38,430 bases of DNA from positions 1-38,430 of the forward strand of contig DAITAB010000002.1 in the NCBI GenBank assembly GCA_036824525.1, given 5' to 3'. Below the pieces are notes generated by a model. The model ran no database searches. It saw only the letters and a list, made by a program, of their open reading frames with translations, and had not been told where the DNA came from. The stretch's first letter is position 1. Each line of letters begins with the position of its first letter. The position numbers and the translations under genes are program-made. This DNA is from Pyrinomonadaceae bacterium (GTDB lineage: Bacteria; Acidobacteriota; Blastocatellia; Pyrinomonadales; Pyrinomonadaceae). Below, piece by piece: positions 9,762 through 18,288 of the stretch.

Positions 9762-12116
9762 ATGCTTCGGAAGTTTTGCATTTTAATTATTTTTTCTTGT
9801 TTTGCGCTTGTTAGCACGGATGCGAATGGTCAGACCGTAGCACCGTCGAACGGAAGTTTGCGTGTGGGCAAAATAACAAAACCTGTAATCGTGCGACGCG
9901 ATCAGAGGGGAATTCCCTATATTGAAGCGGAGAACGACGCAGATTTATATTTCGCGCAGGGATACGCGACAGCGCAGGATCGGCTCTGGCAGATGGATTT
10001 GCTTCGAAGGGTTGCTCGCGGTGAACTTGCGGAACTTTTCGGCGAGTCCGTCTTTGAGGAAGACAAGCGCTGGCGAAAGTATGGCTTCGGCTCAATAGTT
10101 CAAGAGTCTTACGCGAAACTTTCTCCGGAAATGAAGAAGTCGCTGGAATTTTATGCGCTCGGCGTAAATGAATACATCGCATCGCTCGACGAAAAATCAC
10201 TTCCGTTGGAATTTCAAATTCTCCGTTACAAGCCGACACTTTGGAAGCCAACTGATTCGCTTATCATTGGGAAGATTCTTTCTGATGCGTTGAGTTCTTC
10301 TTGGCAGTGGGACATTTCACGCGCGGCATTTGCCGATTTACCCAAAGAAGAATTCGATCAATTGTTTCCGGCGAAATCGCCGTTTGATACGCTTGTTGTC
10401 GGAAAAGATTCCACGCAGTCGCAGACGGGAACTTCAGCCTCGATCGCGCATTATGTTTCGCAGTTCGCCTCGGCTTTAGAGCGTGAAGCAAAAGTGCGTG
10501 AAGCGTCGCTCTCTCGCATCGGGCTTTATTCGGAAGACCTTGCGGTAAGTAATAATTGGGTGATTAGCGGGAAGCGCACCTTTGACGGAAAGGCGATTCT
10601 CGCCAATGATCCGCATTTGCGACCTTCCGCGCCCTCTATCTGGCACCTCGTAAATCTTGCGACTCCAAAGATGCGCGTCTCCGGAGTAACCTTTCCCGGA
10701 ACACCTGGCGTCGTTCTCGGACACAATGAATTTATAGCCTGGGGCGCGACCAATCTCGACCCCGATGTTCAGGATCTATATCTCGAAACCTTCAACGATA
10801 AGAATCAATACAAAACTCCTCGTGGTTGGGTTGAGGCGAAAATCCGCACCGAGGAAATTTCCGTCCGCAAAGGATTGCTTTCCACCGAACAGGAGAAACG
10901 CAAAATTGAAGTGGTTGAAACAAATCACGGCGTCGTCTTTTTCGAAGAAGCGGGAAAGCGTTATGCGCTTCGCTGGACCGCTCGCGATTCAAACAATGTT
11001 GAGATGTCAGCGTTTTTCAGAATCAATCGCGCGCGAAATTGGCTGGACTTTAAGAGCGCGCTCAAGAGCTACGGCGGCGCGACTCAGAATTTTGTTTTTG
11101 CGGATGTGCGCGGAAATATCGGTTATTACGGAGCTGGGAAAATACCCATACGCAAATCCGGCGGCGGAAGCATGCCGTTTGACGGAGCTAAAAATGAGGG
11201 CGAATGGATTGGATATATCCCGTTTGAGGAACTGCCCAATGCATTCAATCCCGCCGAAGGTTTCATCGTGACTGCCAATCAACGAATCGCCGGCGACAGT
11301 TACAAATACTATTTGACGAATGCTTGGTCGCCGCCGTATCGCGCACGGCGGATTCACGATCTCCTGAGCGCGAACCCCAAACAGACAATTGATACTTCGA
11401 AAGATATTCAACGAGACATATTCAACATTTCGTTCTCCGAAACTGCGCGAGAAATTCTTCGGATGAATGCAGCTTCGCCGGAAACACTGACGCAGCTTCG
11501 CGGTTGGGATGGAAAAATGTCGGCGGATTCTCGTGCCGCGCTTTTACTGTCCGAAATCAGAAACGTTTTCTTGAAGAAAATTCTCGAGGCGAAATTCGGA
11601 GTTGAACGCGCCCGACTTTATCGCTGGACTAACCAGGCAACCTTGATTGACTGGCTTATTCGCGAGCAGCCGCCCGAATGGAAGCCGGGAAAATTTGCTT
11701 CCTACAGGGAAGTTCTGATGGAGTGCGACGCGAATTCGCGCGCGAGTTTAGCAAAACGATTTGGGGATGATGATTCGAGATGGACATACGGCAACGCGAA
11801 TTCAGCTCGATTCCCGCATCCATTGGCAATCGCGCCATTGATCGGAAAGCGATTCGAGATCGCACTTTTTCCTCAAAACGGAAGCGGACTTACTCCCAAT
11901 GTCGGGGCAAGCGTTTCGATGCGACATATTTCATCGCCGGGAAATTGGGATGAAACCCGACATGGAATCGCTTTGGGCGAAAGTGGTGACCCGACGAGCG
12001 TGCATTTCTCCGATCAACTTGAAAACTGGAAAAGTGGAAATACCGGGAAGTTTCCGTTCAGTAAAAAGGCAGTTGAGTCCGCGACAGTTTCTTTGTTTAT
12101 TCTGAACCCGAAGTAG
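9762..12116 (+). CDS. Penicillin acylase family Ntn-hydrolase (acyl-homoserine-lactone/penicillin amidase-like), secreted
   Basis: Signal peptide MLRKFCILIIFSCFALVSTDANG, then RDQRGIPYIEAENDADLYFAQGYATAQDRLWQMD. The internal autoprocessing site has the nucleophile Ser in LAVSNNWVISG. GGGAGAG lies 8 nt upstream of ATG 9762. The alternative upstream ATG 9723 (track start) overlaps the ALDH stop by 8 nt. Confidence 0.9.
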   Translation: MLRKFCILIIFSCFALVSTDANGQTVAPSNGSLRVGKITKPVIVRRDQRGIPYIEAENDADLYFAQGYATAQDRLWQMDLLRRVARGELAELFGESVFEEDKRWRKYGFGSIVQESYAKLSPEMKKSLEFYALGVNEYIASLDEKSLPLEFQILRYKPTLWKPTDSLIIGKILSDALSSSWQWDISRAAFADLPKEEFDQLFPAKSPFDTLVVGKDSTQSQTGTSASIAHYVSQFASALEREAKVREASLSRIGLYSEDLAVSNNWVISGKRTFDGKAILANDPHLRPSAPSIWHLVNLATPKMRVSGVTFPGTPGVVLGHNEFIAWGATNLDPDVQDLYLETFNDKNQYKTPRGWVEAKIRTEEISVRKGLLSTEQEKRKIEVVETNHGVVFFEEAGKRYALRWTARDSNNVEMSAFFRINRARNWLDFKSALKSYGGATQNFVFADVRGNIGYYGAGKIPIRKSGGGSMPFDGAKNEGEWIGYIPFEELPNAFNPAEGFIVTANQRIAGDSYKYYLTNAWSPPYRARRIHDLLSANPKQTIDTSKDIQRDIFNISFSETAREILRMNAASPETLTQLRGWDGKMSADSRAALLLSEIRNVFLKKILEAKFGVERARLYRWTNQATLIDWLIREQPPEWKPGKFASYREVLMECDANSRASLAKRFGDDDSRWTYGNANSARFPHPLAIAPLIGKRFEIALFPQNGSGLTPNVGASVSMRHISSPGNWDETRHGIALGESGDPTSVHFSDQLENWKSGNTGKFPFSKKAVESATVSLFILNPK

Positions 12117-12584
12117 TTATTTCTGTTTCTTTCTATCGAGAAAATCGCTCAGAATCAGGATGGCAGCTTCGGAATCCAGTTGCTTTGAGATTTCTTTCCG
12201 ATTGGCGCCGCGTTCATACAGCGAGTCCCGAGCGGAGCGGGTGGTAAGCCTTTCGTCCTGGAGGAAAACGGGAATGGAGACCGAGAGCGAAAGATTGCGC
12301 GCGACTTTTCTCGCATCAACGGACATATCGCTCTCGCGTCCATCGATGTGAAACGGCAAACCTACCACGACCGCTACCGCATCAAAGTTTTCAATGAGCG
12401 CTTCGATCTGTTTGAGAAGAATTTTCCAACTTCGTCGCGGAATCATCTCGAGCGGTCGGATGGTAAGCTGGAGCTCATCGCAAATGGCTACGCCAATGCG
12501 CTTAGTGCCGAGGTCGATGGCAATGATTCTTCCTGAAGTGATTTCGGAAAAGTCTTCGCGATTAATCGTTTCTTTTTGTTGCAC
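12117..12584 (-). CDS. ruvX: Holliday junction resolvase-like / pre-16S rRNA nuclease RuvX (YqgF)
   Basis: 155 aa with IIAIDLGTKRIGVAICD, VVGLPFHIDGRES and FLQDERLTT, the YqgF family signature. The apparent start is GTG. Confidence 0.9.
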   Translation of the reverse strand: MQQKETINREDFSEITSGRIIAIDLGTKRIGVAICDELQLTIRPLEMIPRRSWKILLKQIEALIENFDAVAVVVGLPFHIDGRESDMSVDARKVARNLSLSVSIPVFLQDERLTTRSARDSLYERGANRKEISKQLDSEAAILILSDFLDRKKQK

Positions 12585-12607
12585 AGAAATTCGTATTGAC
12601 TGATAAT
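12579..12607 (+). promoter_or_regulatory. Sigma70-like promoter candidate for the S41 peptidase gene
   Basis: TTGCAC (12579-12584), a 17-nt spacer, then GATAAT (12602-12607), about 60 nt upstream of ATG 12671. The -35 overlaps the divergent ruvX start codon. Pattern match only. Confidence 0.3.
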
Positions 12608-12670
12608 TGTTAAATTCCTAAGGCGCTACGTCAATTCGCGTAGCGAGGTATTGTTAAAGAAGGTGAATAA

Positions 12671-13954
12671 ATGACATTTCGAGGAAAGTTGCTTTTGGCA
12701 GTTGGTTCAATGTCGGTGGCATTGTTTGCGCTGGTAGGCGGTTGGTTGGGAACAACTGCGCAACAACCGATCAACGATGCCGGAGCACAAATGCGTATTT
12801 TCGAGAGCGTATTGCAGCATATTCAGAACGACTACGTTGATGAACCGAATCTCGAAAAGGTCCGTTCGGGAGCGCTCCGTGGTTTGGCATATGGTCTTGA
12901 TCCTTATTCCTCGTATCTTACGGCTGAGCAGGTAAAGGAATACGCTACGAAGAAGCCGACAGACTCCAATGGAATTGGTGCAGAGTTTTCGCAGGTAGCG
13001 GGATTCGTCTACGTGATTTCCGTAGTGAAGAGTTCACCGGCGGATCTGTCCGGCTTAAAAGCCGGCGACGCGATTGAATACATCGAAAACAAAGCAACGC
13101 GGGATATTTCACTTTATGATGCGCGCCAACTGCTTAATGGAGCGGCGGGCAGTCAGGTTAAGTTACGAATTTTGAGATCCGGCGCTCGTCCGCAGACGAT
13201 CGTTGTCACGCGAAATTCTTTTACGACTCCGGAACCTGCGAGCCGAATTGACTCCGCCAAAACAGGGATACTTACAATTTACAGTCTTCAAGAAGGCGAA
13301 TCCGCAATGGTTCGAACTCAACTTCAGAACTTAATGAAACAAGGCGTTCAAAAAGTTGTGGTTGATCTGCGCGGAGTTTCCGATGGTAGTTTCCAGGAGG
13401 CTGTTAACGTCGCGAATCTATTCATCAAGGATGGAACGCTCGGTCAGATTCTCGGACGCGACAAGAAGGTAATGAAGACTGCGGTTGCAGACCCGAATAA
13501 ATTTCTTTTTGATGGAAAAATCGTAGCCTTGATTGATCTTGGAACGTCCAGCAGCGGGGAAGTTGTAGCCTCTGCCATACTTGAGCGCAAACGCGGCGAG
13601 GTCGTCGGCGAAAAGAGTTTTGGAGCGGGAACTGAGCAGCAGCTATTCACGCTGCGCGGCGGCGATGGGCTTTTACTTACGGTCGCAAAATGGGCTTCAC
13701 CGACAGGAAAACCGTTCCTCGCGGATGTTAGAGATGAGTCGGGTGTGAAACCTTCAGTTGAGGTAAAACGTCCGGATTCCACCGGTCCAATTGATCCTGA
13801 AGATCTTGCTGACCAAGATTCCGAAGAGACGCCGACGCAGCCGAAAGCCACTCCAAAACCGACTCCGGCGCCGGTGAAACCTGTTCCTGATGATATTCAG
13901 TTGAAGAAGGCGCTTGAGCTCCTTCAGGATAAGGCTGCCGCTGCAAACGGATAA
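12671..13954 (+). CDS. S41 (C-terminal processing peptidase) family protein with PDZ domain; catalytic motifs degenerate
   Basis: 427 aa with an N-terminal membrane anchor/signal and a PDZ-like segment (GIGAEF...VISVVKSSPADLSGLKAGDAIEYIEN). S41 core blocks are present, but DLRGVSDGS replaces the usual DLRNNGGG and GEKSFGAGT replaces the usual TFGKG. The C-terminal tail is Pro/Thr/Lys-rich. Confidence 0.8.
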   Translation: MTFRGKLLLAVGSMSVALFALVGGWLGTTAQQPINDAGAQMRIFESVLQHIQNDYVDEPNLEKVRSGALRGLAYGLDPYSSYLTAEQVKEYATKKPTDSNGIGAEFSQVAGFVYVISVVKSSPADLSGLKAGDAIEYIENKATRDISLYDARQLLNGAAGSQVKLRILRSGARPQTIVVTRNSFTTPEPASRIDSAKTGILTIYSLQEGESAMVRTQLQNLMKQGVQKVVVDLRGVSDGSFQEAVNVANLFIKDGTLGQILGRDKKVMKTAVADPNKFLFDGKIVALIDLGTSSSGEVVASAILERKRGEVVGEKSFGAGTEQQLFTLRGGDGLLLTVAKWASPTGKPFLADVRDESGVKPSVEVKRPDSTGPIDPEDLADQDSEETPTQPKATPKPTPAPVKPVPDDIQLKKALELLQDKAAAANG

Positions 13955-13985
13955 TTACACTCTTTTGCAATCGAAAACTGATCAT

Positions 13986-14017
13986 AGTCGCGTCGACCTT
14001 GGCGCGACTTTGTTTTT
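13986..14017 (+). terminator. Intrinsic terminator after the S41 peptidase gene
   Basis: Stem AGTCGCG (13986-13992) / CGCGACT (14003-14009), followed by TTGTTTTT. Confidence 0.65.
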
Positions 14018-14062
14018 GAAAAATTTGTTGCACGGCACAATGGCTGATAACATTCCTTTTCA

Positions 14063-14521
14063 ATGAATGCGGAGAATATCAACATTACGACGGCTGGTGT
14101 TGGTGACTTAGATGCCTGGTTACGGCTACGGAAATTGCTTTGGGACGATGCGAGTGACGAGGATCATCTCGCGGAAATCCATGAAGTTTTGAGCGATCCG
14201 GATTCCCAGCTCGTACTGATTGCGGTAGATGGCGATGGAACATGTGTGGGATTTTTGGAGGCGAGCATCCGTCCTTTTGTGGAGGACTGCTATTCAGATT
14301 CAGTTGGTTACTTAGAAGGTTGGTTTGTCGATCCTTCATTTCGAAAAATTGGTATCGGACGAAAACTGGTTCAAAGTGCTGAAACTTGGGCGCGATCTAG
14401 AGGCTGTAGTGAAATGGCTTCAGACGCGGAAATTGGAAATGAAGTGGGCATTCACGCACACCTCGGACTCGGATACGGCGAAACTTCGCGCTTAATTCAC
14501 TTCCGAAAGCTCTTGTCTTAA
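14063..14521 (+). CDS. GNAT acetyltransferase of the AAC(6')-I aminoglycoside N-acetyltransferase type
   Basis: 152 aa. The pattern W-LRLRKLLWDD...HLAEI...GFLEASIRPFVEDCYSDSVGYLEGWFVDPSFRKIGIGRKL...ETWARSRGCSEMASDAEIGNEVGIHAHLGLGYGET aligns block by block with my memory of AAC(6')-Iy/-Ig (LEASIR, FLEG-FV-PSFR, GC-EMASD, H--LGF-ET). Confidence 0.75.
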   Translation: MNAENINITTAGVGDLDAWLRLRKLLWDDASDEDHLAEIHEVLSDPDSQLVLIAVDGDGTCVGFLEASIRPFVEDCYSDSVGYLEGWFVDPSFRKIGIGRKLVQSAETWARSRGCSEMASDAEIGNEVGIHAHLGLGYGETSRLIHFRKLLS

Positions 14522-14533
14522 AGGAGACTGTTT

Positions 14534-15667
14534 TTGTCAGCTCGTCTATTTCAACAGACCTTTTTAACCGTTGTTTTGAGCGCTGCTCAAAGCGTGCTCG
14601 TATCATTTGCTTGCGCCCTCTCGTTGGCTGCTCAGTCTCCGTTGCCAGATTTTCCTACTCCAGTTTCATCAACCCAAATAAGCGGGAAAATTAGCGCACG
14701 TAATATCGGCGATCCGCGTACGACCGATCATTATTGGGTGTTTGAAGCAGATGCGGGTGACATATTCATCAACGTCGTTGCTGAAAATCTCACTGGCGAT
14801 GTTGACGTTTTTATGGCGGGCACTTTAAAGCCATTAACCAAACTCAAGATTTATGCTGACTCCACGGCCTTCGAAAGTGGCAGGGTGATTTACGTTCGGA
14901 AGCGGGAGCGGCTGATTTTGCGCGTCACGGGGCGCAGCCCAAATGATGATCCCGCGACATATCAAATAAAGTTTGCCGGAAGTTTTCAGGCTCTCGCCCG
15001 CGATGAGAATGCACCGGTTTTGCCGACCGTTGCGGAACGAGCGCCCAACAATAACGACGAGCCTCTCGTTGTTGCAAAGGATTCGAATAAAAAGAAGAAG
15101 AAGTCGGTCGATTCCGTAGCAGCACCTTCCGTTGATGAAGGTACGGTTATTAATTCCGAAGCTACGGAAGCAGCAGTCAACTCTGTAAAGAGCGACGCAA
15201 ATCCAACCGTCGCTTCAACCCGTTCAGAGAAGGCTCCGGAAGAACCGCCGAGAAAATTAGAAGATACGATCGGAAAGCCTGCGAAACGCAGTGGACGTAT
15301 AAATCAGTCATCGGAGGAAGTTCCCGTATTGCTTCGTCGGAAGAAAAGGGTCAACGTAGCTTCCAACAAGACGACGGAATCTACGACCACGGATGAAACG
15401 GCGCGCCCAACCTCGACAAACGAGGCGGAAAAATCCACTGATGCAAAGTCTGGCAAAGAAATTAGCCCGGCGGCGAATACCGCACCGGTTGATCCGATGG
15501 CGAACGTAAAGCTTTCGGTCGTTTTGAAAGATGGAAAAGAAATGAGTTTCGTTATGAGTAACGTTTTGCGATTTGGCGTTGAAAAGGGAACTCTAACGAT
15601 TGTAACGAAAGACGGCACCACAACTAAACACTTAATTTCAAATGTCCAGCGAGTGACGATCGAATAA
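14534..15667 (+). CDS. Secreted hypothetical protein (PPC-like N-terminal beta domain, long Lys/Ser/Thr/Glu-rich disordered linker, small C-terminal beta domain)
   Basis: TTG start preceded by AAGGAG (14521-14526, 7-nt spacing); this SD overlaps the GNAT stop codon. Signal-peptide-like N-terminus ending LSLAAQS. TTDHYWVFEADAGDIFINVVAENLTGDVDVFM resembles pre-peptidase C-terminal (PPC) domains. No other recognisable motif. Confidence 0.6.
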   Translation: MSARLFQQTFLTVVLSAAQSVLVSFACALSLAAQSPLPDFPTPVSSTQISGKISARNIGDPRTTDHYWVFEADAGDIFINVVAENLTGDVDVFMAGTLKPLTKLKIYADSTAFESGRVIYVRKRERLILRVTGRSPNDDPATYQIKFAGSFQALARDENAPVLPTVAERAPNNNDEPLVVAKDSNKKKKKSVDSVAAPSVDEGTVINSEATEAAVNSVKSDANPTVASTRSEKAPEEPPRKLEDTIGKPAKRSGRINQSSEEVPVLLRRKKRVNVASNKTTESTTTDETARPTSTNEAEKSTDAKSGKEISPAANTAPVDPMANVKLSVVLKDGKEMSFVMSNVLRFGVEKGTLTIVTKDGTTTKHLISNVQRVTIE

Positions 15668-16336
15668 TTATTTTGATTCGCGTTGAGTTTCGCGGAAAGT
15701 TTTTATTACGGGATTATCTGGTTCTACTTTCTCGAGTCGCGCGAGCGTCTTATTCATGGATTCAGTGTCGCCTTTGCTGCGAAACGCGATTGCCAGATTC
15801 TGCAGCGCGATTGCATGTCTAGGATCCGATTCCAACGCGCGATTGAATTCGCGAATGGCTCGGTCAACATCCGGCGGTTCTTGCATAATAAAAGTCAGCC
15901 CAAAATCGGTTCTAACTGCGACGTCGTCCGGTTTCATTTCCAGCGCCTTTTTATAAAGTTCTTGCGCATTCGCGTATTTTTTGTTTTCAAAAAATCCATT
16001 TCCAACTTTTACGATTGACTGAAATTCTTTCGGTCGTAATTTCCGGGCTGCCTGATAGAAATCCAATGCGTTATCGTAGCGACCGATCTTCATACATATA
16101 TCGCCCGCAGCAATCTGCAAATCGTAGTTCTGCGGCTTTGAGCGCGCCTGTTCAAGCGCATCTTCGACCTCCGGACTTATGGGCTTAACTGAATCCGGAC
16201 CTACCGCCATCGCTTGCCTCGAATCGCGCTGTTTCTCCGAAATCCCTTCGCGATTGATGGAGTTCATGACGAAAAACCCGATCGCAAATCCGATCACAAT
16301 TCCCCCAATGCCGTAAATAATCGAATTTGAACTCAT
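15668..16336 (-). CDS. Membrane-anchored TPR repeat protein
   Basis: 222 aa with an N-terminal TM helix IIYGIGGIVIGFAIGFFVM, then several TPR-like units (YDNALDFYQAARKLRP, YANAQELYKKALEMKPDD, RAIREFNRALESDPRH). Confidence 0.75.
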   Translation of the reverse strand: MSSNSIIYGIGGIVIGFAIGFFVMNSINREGISEKQRDSRQAMAVGPDSVKPISPEVEDALEQARSKPQNYDLQIAAGDICMKIGRYDNALDFYQAARKLRPKEFQSIVKVGNGFFENKKYANAQELYKKALEMKPDDVAVRTDFGLTFIMQEPPDVDRAIREFNRALESDPRHAIALQNLAIAFRSKGDTESMNKTLARLEKVEPDNPVIKTFRETQRESK

Positions 16337-16647
16337 AAAGAAAGTGTATGACGAGAAATCAGTAGCTCCGTAAACTTTTTGTTCTCAAGAAAGTTCCGAG
16401 GCATCGAAACCATGCTCCAAACTATGCATCCGGCGTGTTTTTGCCTTTCGAAAGAGATTCGACACCGGTGACTTTCACCGAAACTGTGCGGCGCAAATTT
16501 CTAAGTTAGCGACGCGGCGAAATTGATTTGCCACCGTAAAATTGTATTCTATGAAGATTGATGTGTCATTCAAAGGGAGTTTCTGCTTGCCTGATTTTCG
16601 AATGAAAAAATGGCTGAACCTTCGATTTACTCGAAACCAATAAATTG

Positions 16648-17547
16648 ATGGAAAACGTCACGGAAAAGATTGAAGGCAAGATCGCAACGAGCGGTCGAAA
16701 AAAAATATTCGCTTATGCGGAGCTGACGAAGCCGCGAATTGCGCTCATGCTCGTGATCACATCCGCCGCAGGATTTTATCTCGCCTCGCATGACCGATTC
16801 GACGTCTCGCGTTTTCTTTATTCGATGATCGGGATAGCGCTCCTCGCTTTTGGCGTCTCTACTCTAAATCAGTATCTTGAGCGTGAAACGGATTCCCTAA
16901 TGGAGCGAACCGCGCCGCGCCCTTTGCCAACAAAAAGGCTCCATAAGACCGAAGCGTTGATTTTTGGAATCGCGCTCACAGTCATCGCGGAAATCATTTT
17001 ATTTTTCATGGTCAATCCTTTGACCGCATTGATGGGAGTGATCGTCATCGTCGGCTATGTGTTGGTCTATACTCCGCTAAAAACCCGTACGACGATATCT
17101 ACAGCAATTGGCGCAATACCAGGCGCAATGCCGCCGCTGATGGGTTGGACCGCAGCGGCAAATGAAATTACTATCGGTGCCTGGATTCTCTTCGCCATAC
17201 TTTATCTTTGGCAATTTCCTCATTTTCTCGCGATTGCATGGATGTATCGCGACCAATATGAACGCGCAGGAATTCTCATGCTGCCGGTAGTTGAACCGCA
17301 GGGAACTTTAACCGCACGCCAAATCGTTTTATTCACCGTAATGTTGATTCCGATTAGTTTGGCGCCGTTTTTTTTTGAAGTAGCCGGCGTCTATTATTTG
17401 ATATCTTCGATGCTCCTGGGCGGTTGGTTATTATTTGCCAGCATTCAGGTCGCACGAACCAAGACCAATGAAAGCGCGCGAAGACTTCTGCTCGTTTCCG
17501 TAATCTACTTGCCTTTACTTCTTCTCGCGATGGTCGCGAATAGCTAA
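16648..17547 (+). CDS. ctaB: Protoheme IX farnesyltransferase (heme O synthase)
   Basis: Polytopic UbiA-family protein with YAELTKPRIALMLVITSAAG, NQYLERETDSLMERT (Asp-rich motif) and YTPLKTRT. I prefer ATG 16648, one codon inside the TTG track start. Confidence 0.9.
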   Translation: MENVTEKIEGKIATSGRKKIFAYAELTKPRIALMLVITSAAGFYLASHDRFDVSRFLYSMIGIALLAFGVSTLNQYLERETDSLMERTAPRPLPTKRLHKTEALIFGIALTVIAEIILFFMVNPLTALMGVIVIVGYVLVYTPLKTRTTISTAIGAIPGAMPPLMGWTAAANEITIGAWILFAILYLWQFPHFLAIAWMYRDQYERAGILMLPVVEPQGTLTARQIVLFTVMLIPISLAPFFFEVAGVYYLISSMLLGGWLLFASIQVARTKTNESARRLLLVSVIYLPLLLLAMVANS

Positions 17548-17555
17548 AAGATTTT

Positions 17556-18257
17556 ATGGCGTTAATTCAGAATTCAGAGGCTCTGGGTGAACAAAAGGGC
17601 TCCGCGACCAAAACCTCGTCCATCGGAAGCGGAAATCAAAACGGCTCATCGCCTGGGAAGAAAAATGGCGAAGGAGAATCTCACGATGATTCAACATTAT
17701 TCTCCGGGCATAAGCTGCGCGTACTGATGATCACGACTCTGATTATTGTCCTGATGACGTTCGGCGCACTCGTTGGTGCATTTTTGGTGATTGCGTCTAA
17801 CCGTCCGCTGGAGTGGCGTCCATTCGAACTTCCGGTTCAGCTTTGGCTTAGTACTGCAATTTTGTTGGCGAGCAGTCTTGCGTTTTACATCGGCAAGAAA
17901 AAGCTGTTTGAAAGGAACGAGAAGTCCGCACACAATTGGTTTCGTATTGCTGTGGCGCTCGGAATAGCGTTCCTCATTTCCCAAATTTGGGCGTGGATCG
18001 CCTTGTATCAAATGGGAATATTTCTCGCGAGCAATCCATTTGCAGGATTCTTTTATGTCTTCACCGCGGTTCACGGATTTCACGTCGTCGGTGGTATCGG
18101 CGGGCTGGCGTATCTTGTAACTAAAACGCGAGAAAACTCGCGCAACGAGTCGATTTGGAATGCGAGAAAGGACCTATCCGCAGTAGCTGGATGGTACTGG
18201 CACCTTATGGATATTCTTTGGATAATTTTATTTCTTCTTCTCGGTTTCTGGCAATGA
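17556..18257 (+). CDS. Heme-copper (cytochrome c) oxidase subunit III family protein
   Basis: 233 aa and multi-TM, with FTAVHGFHVVGG and the C-terminal WYWHLMDILWIILFLL motif typical of subunit III. The N-terminal extension is hydrophilic and Gly/Ser-rich. Confidence 0.85.
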   Translation: MALIQNSEALGEQKGSATKTSSIGSGNQNGSSPGKKNGEGESHDDSTLFSGHKLRVLMITTLIIVLMTFGALVGAFLVIASNRPLEWRPFELPVQLWLSTAILLASSLAFYIGKKKLFERNEKSAHNWFRIAVALGIAFLISQIWAWIALYQMGIFLASNPFAGFFYVFTAVHGFHVVGGIGGLAYLVTKTRENSRNESIWNARKDLSAVAGWYWHLMDILWIILFLLLGFWQ

Positions 18258-18288
18258 GAATAATTTTGATTTAGCGGCGAAATAAAAA

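Noticed and set aside
15095-15112. A/G-rich run (AATAAAAAGAAGAAGAAG) as a programmed frameshift or slippery site
   Set aside because: It simply encodes the KKKKK stretch of a low-complexity linker. The frame continues without interruption, and there is no downstream alternative-frame ORF.
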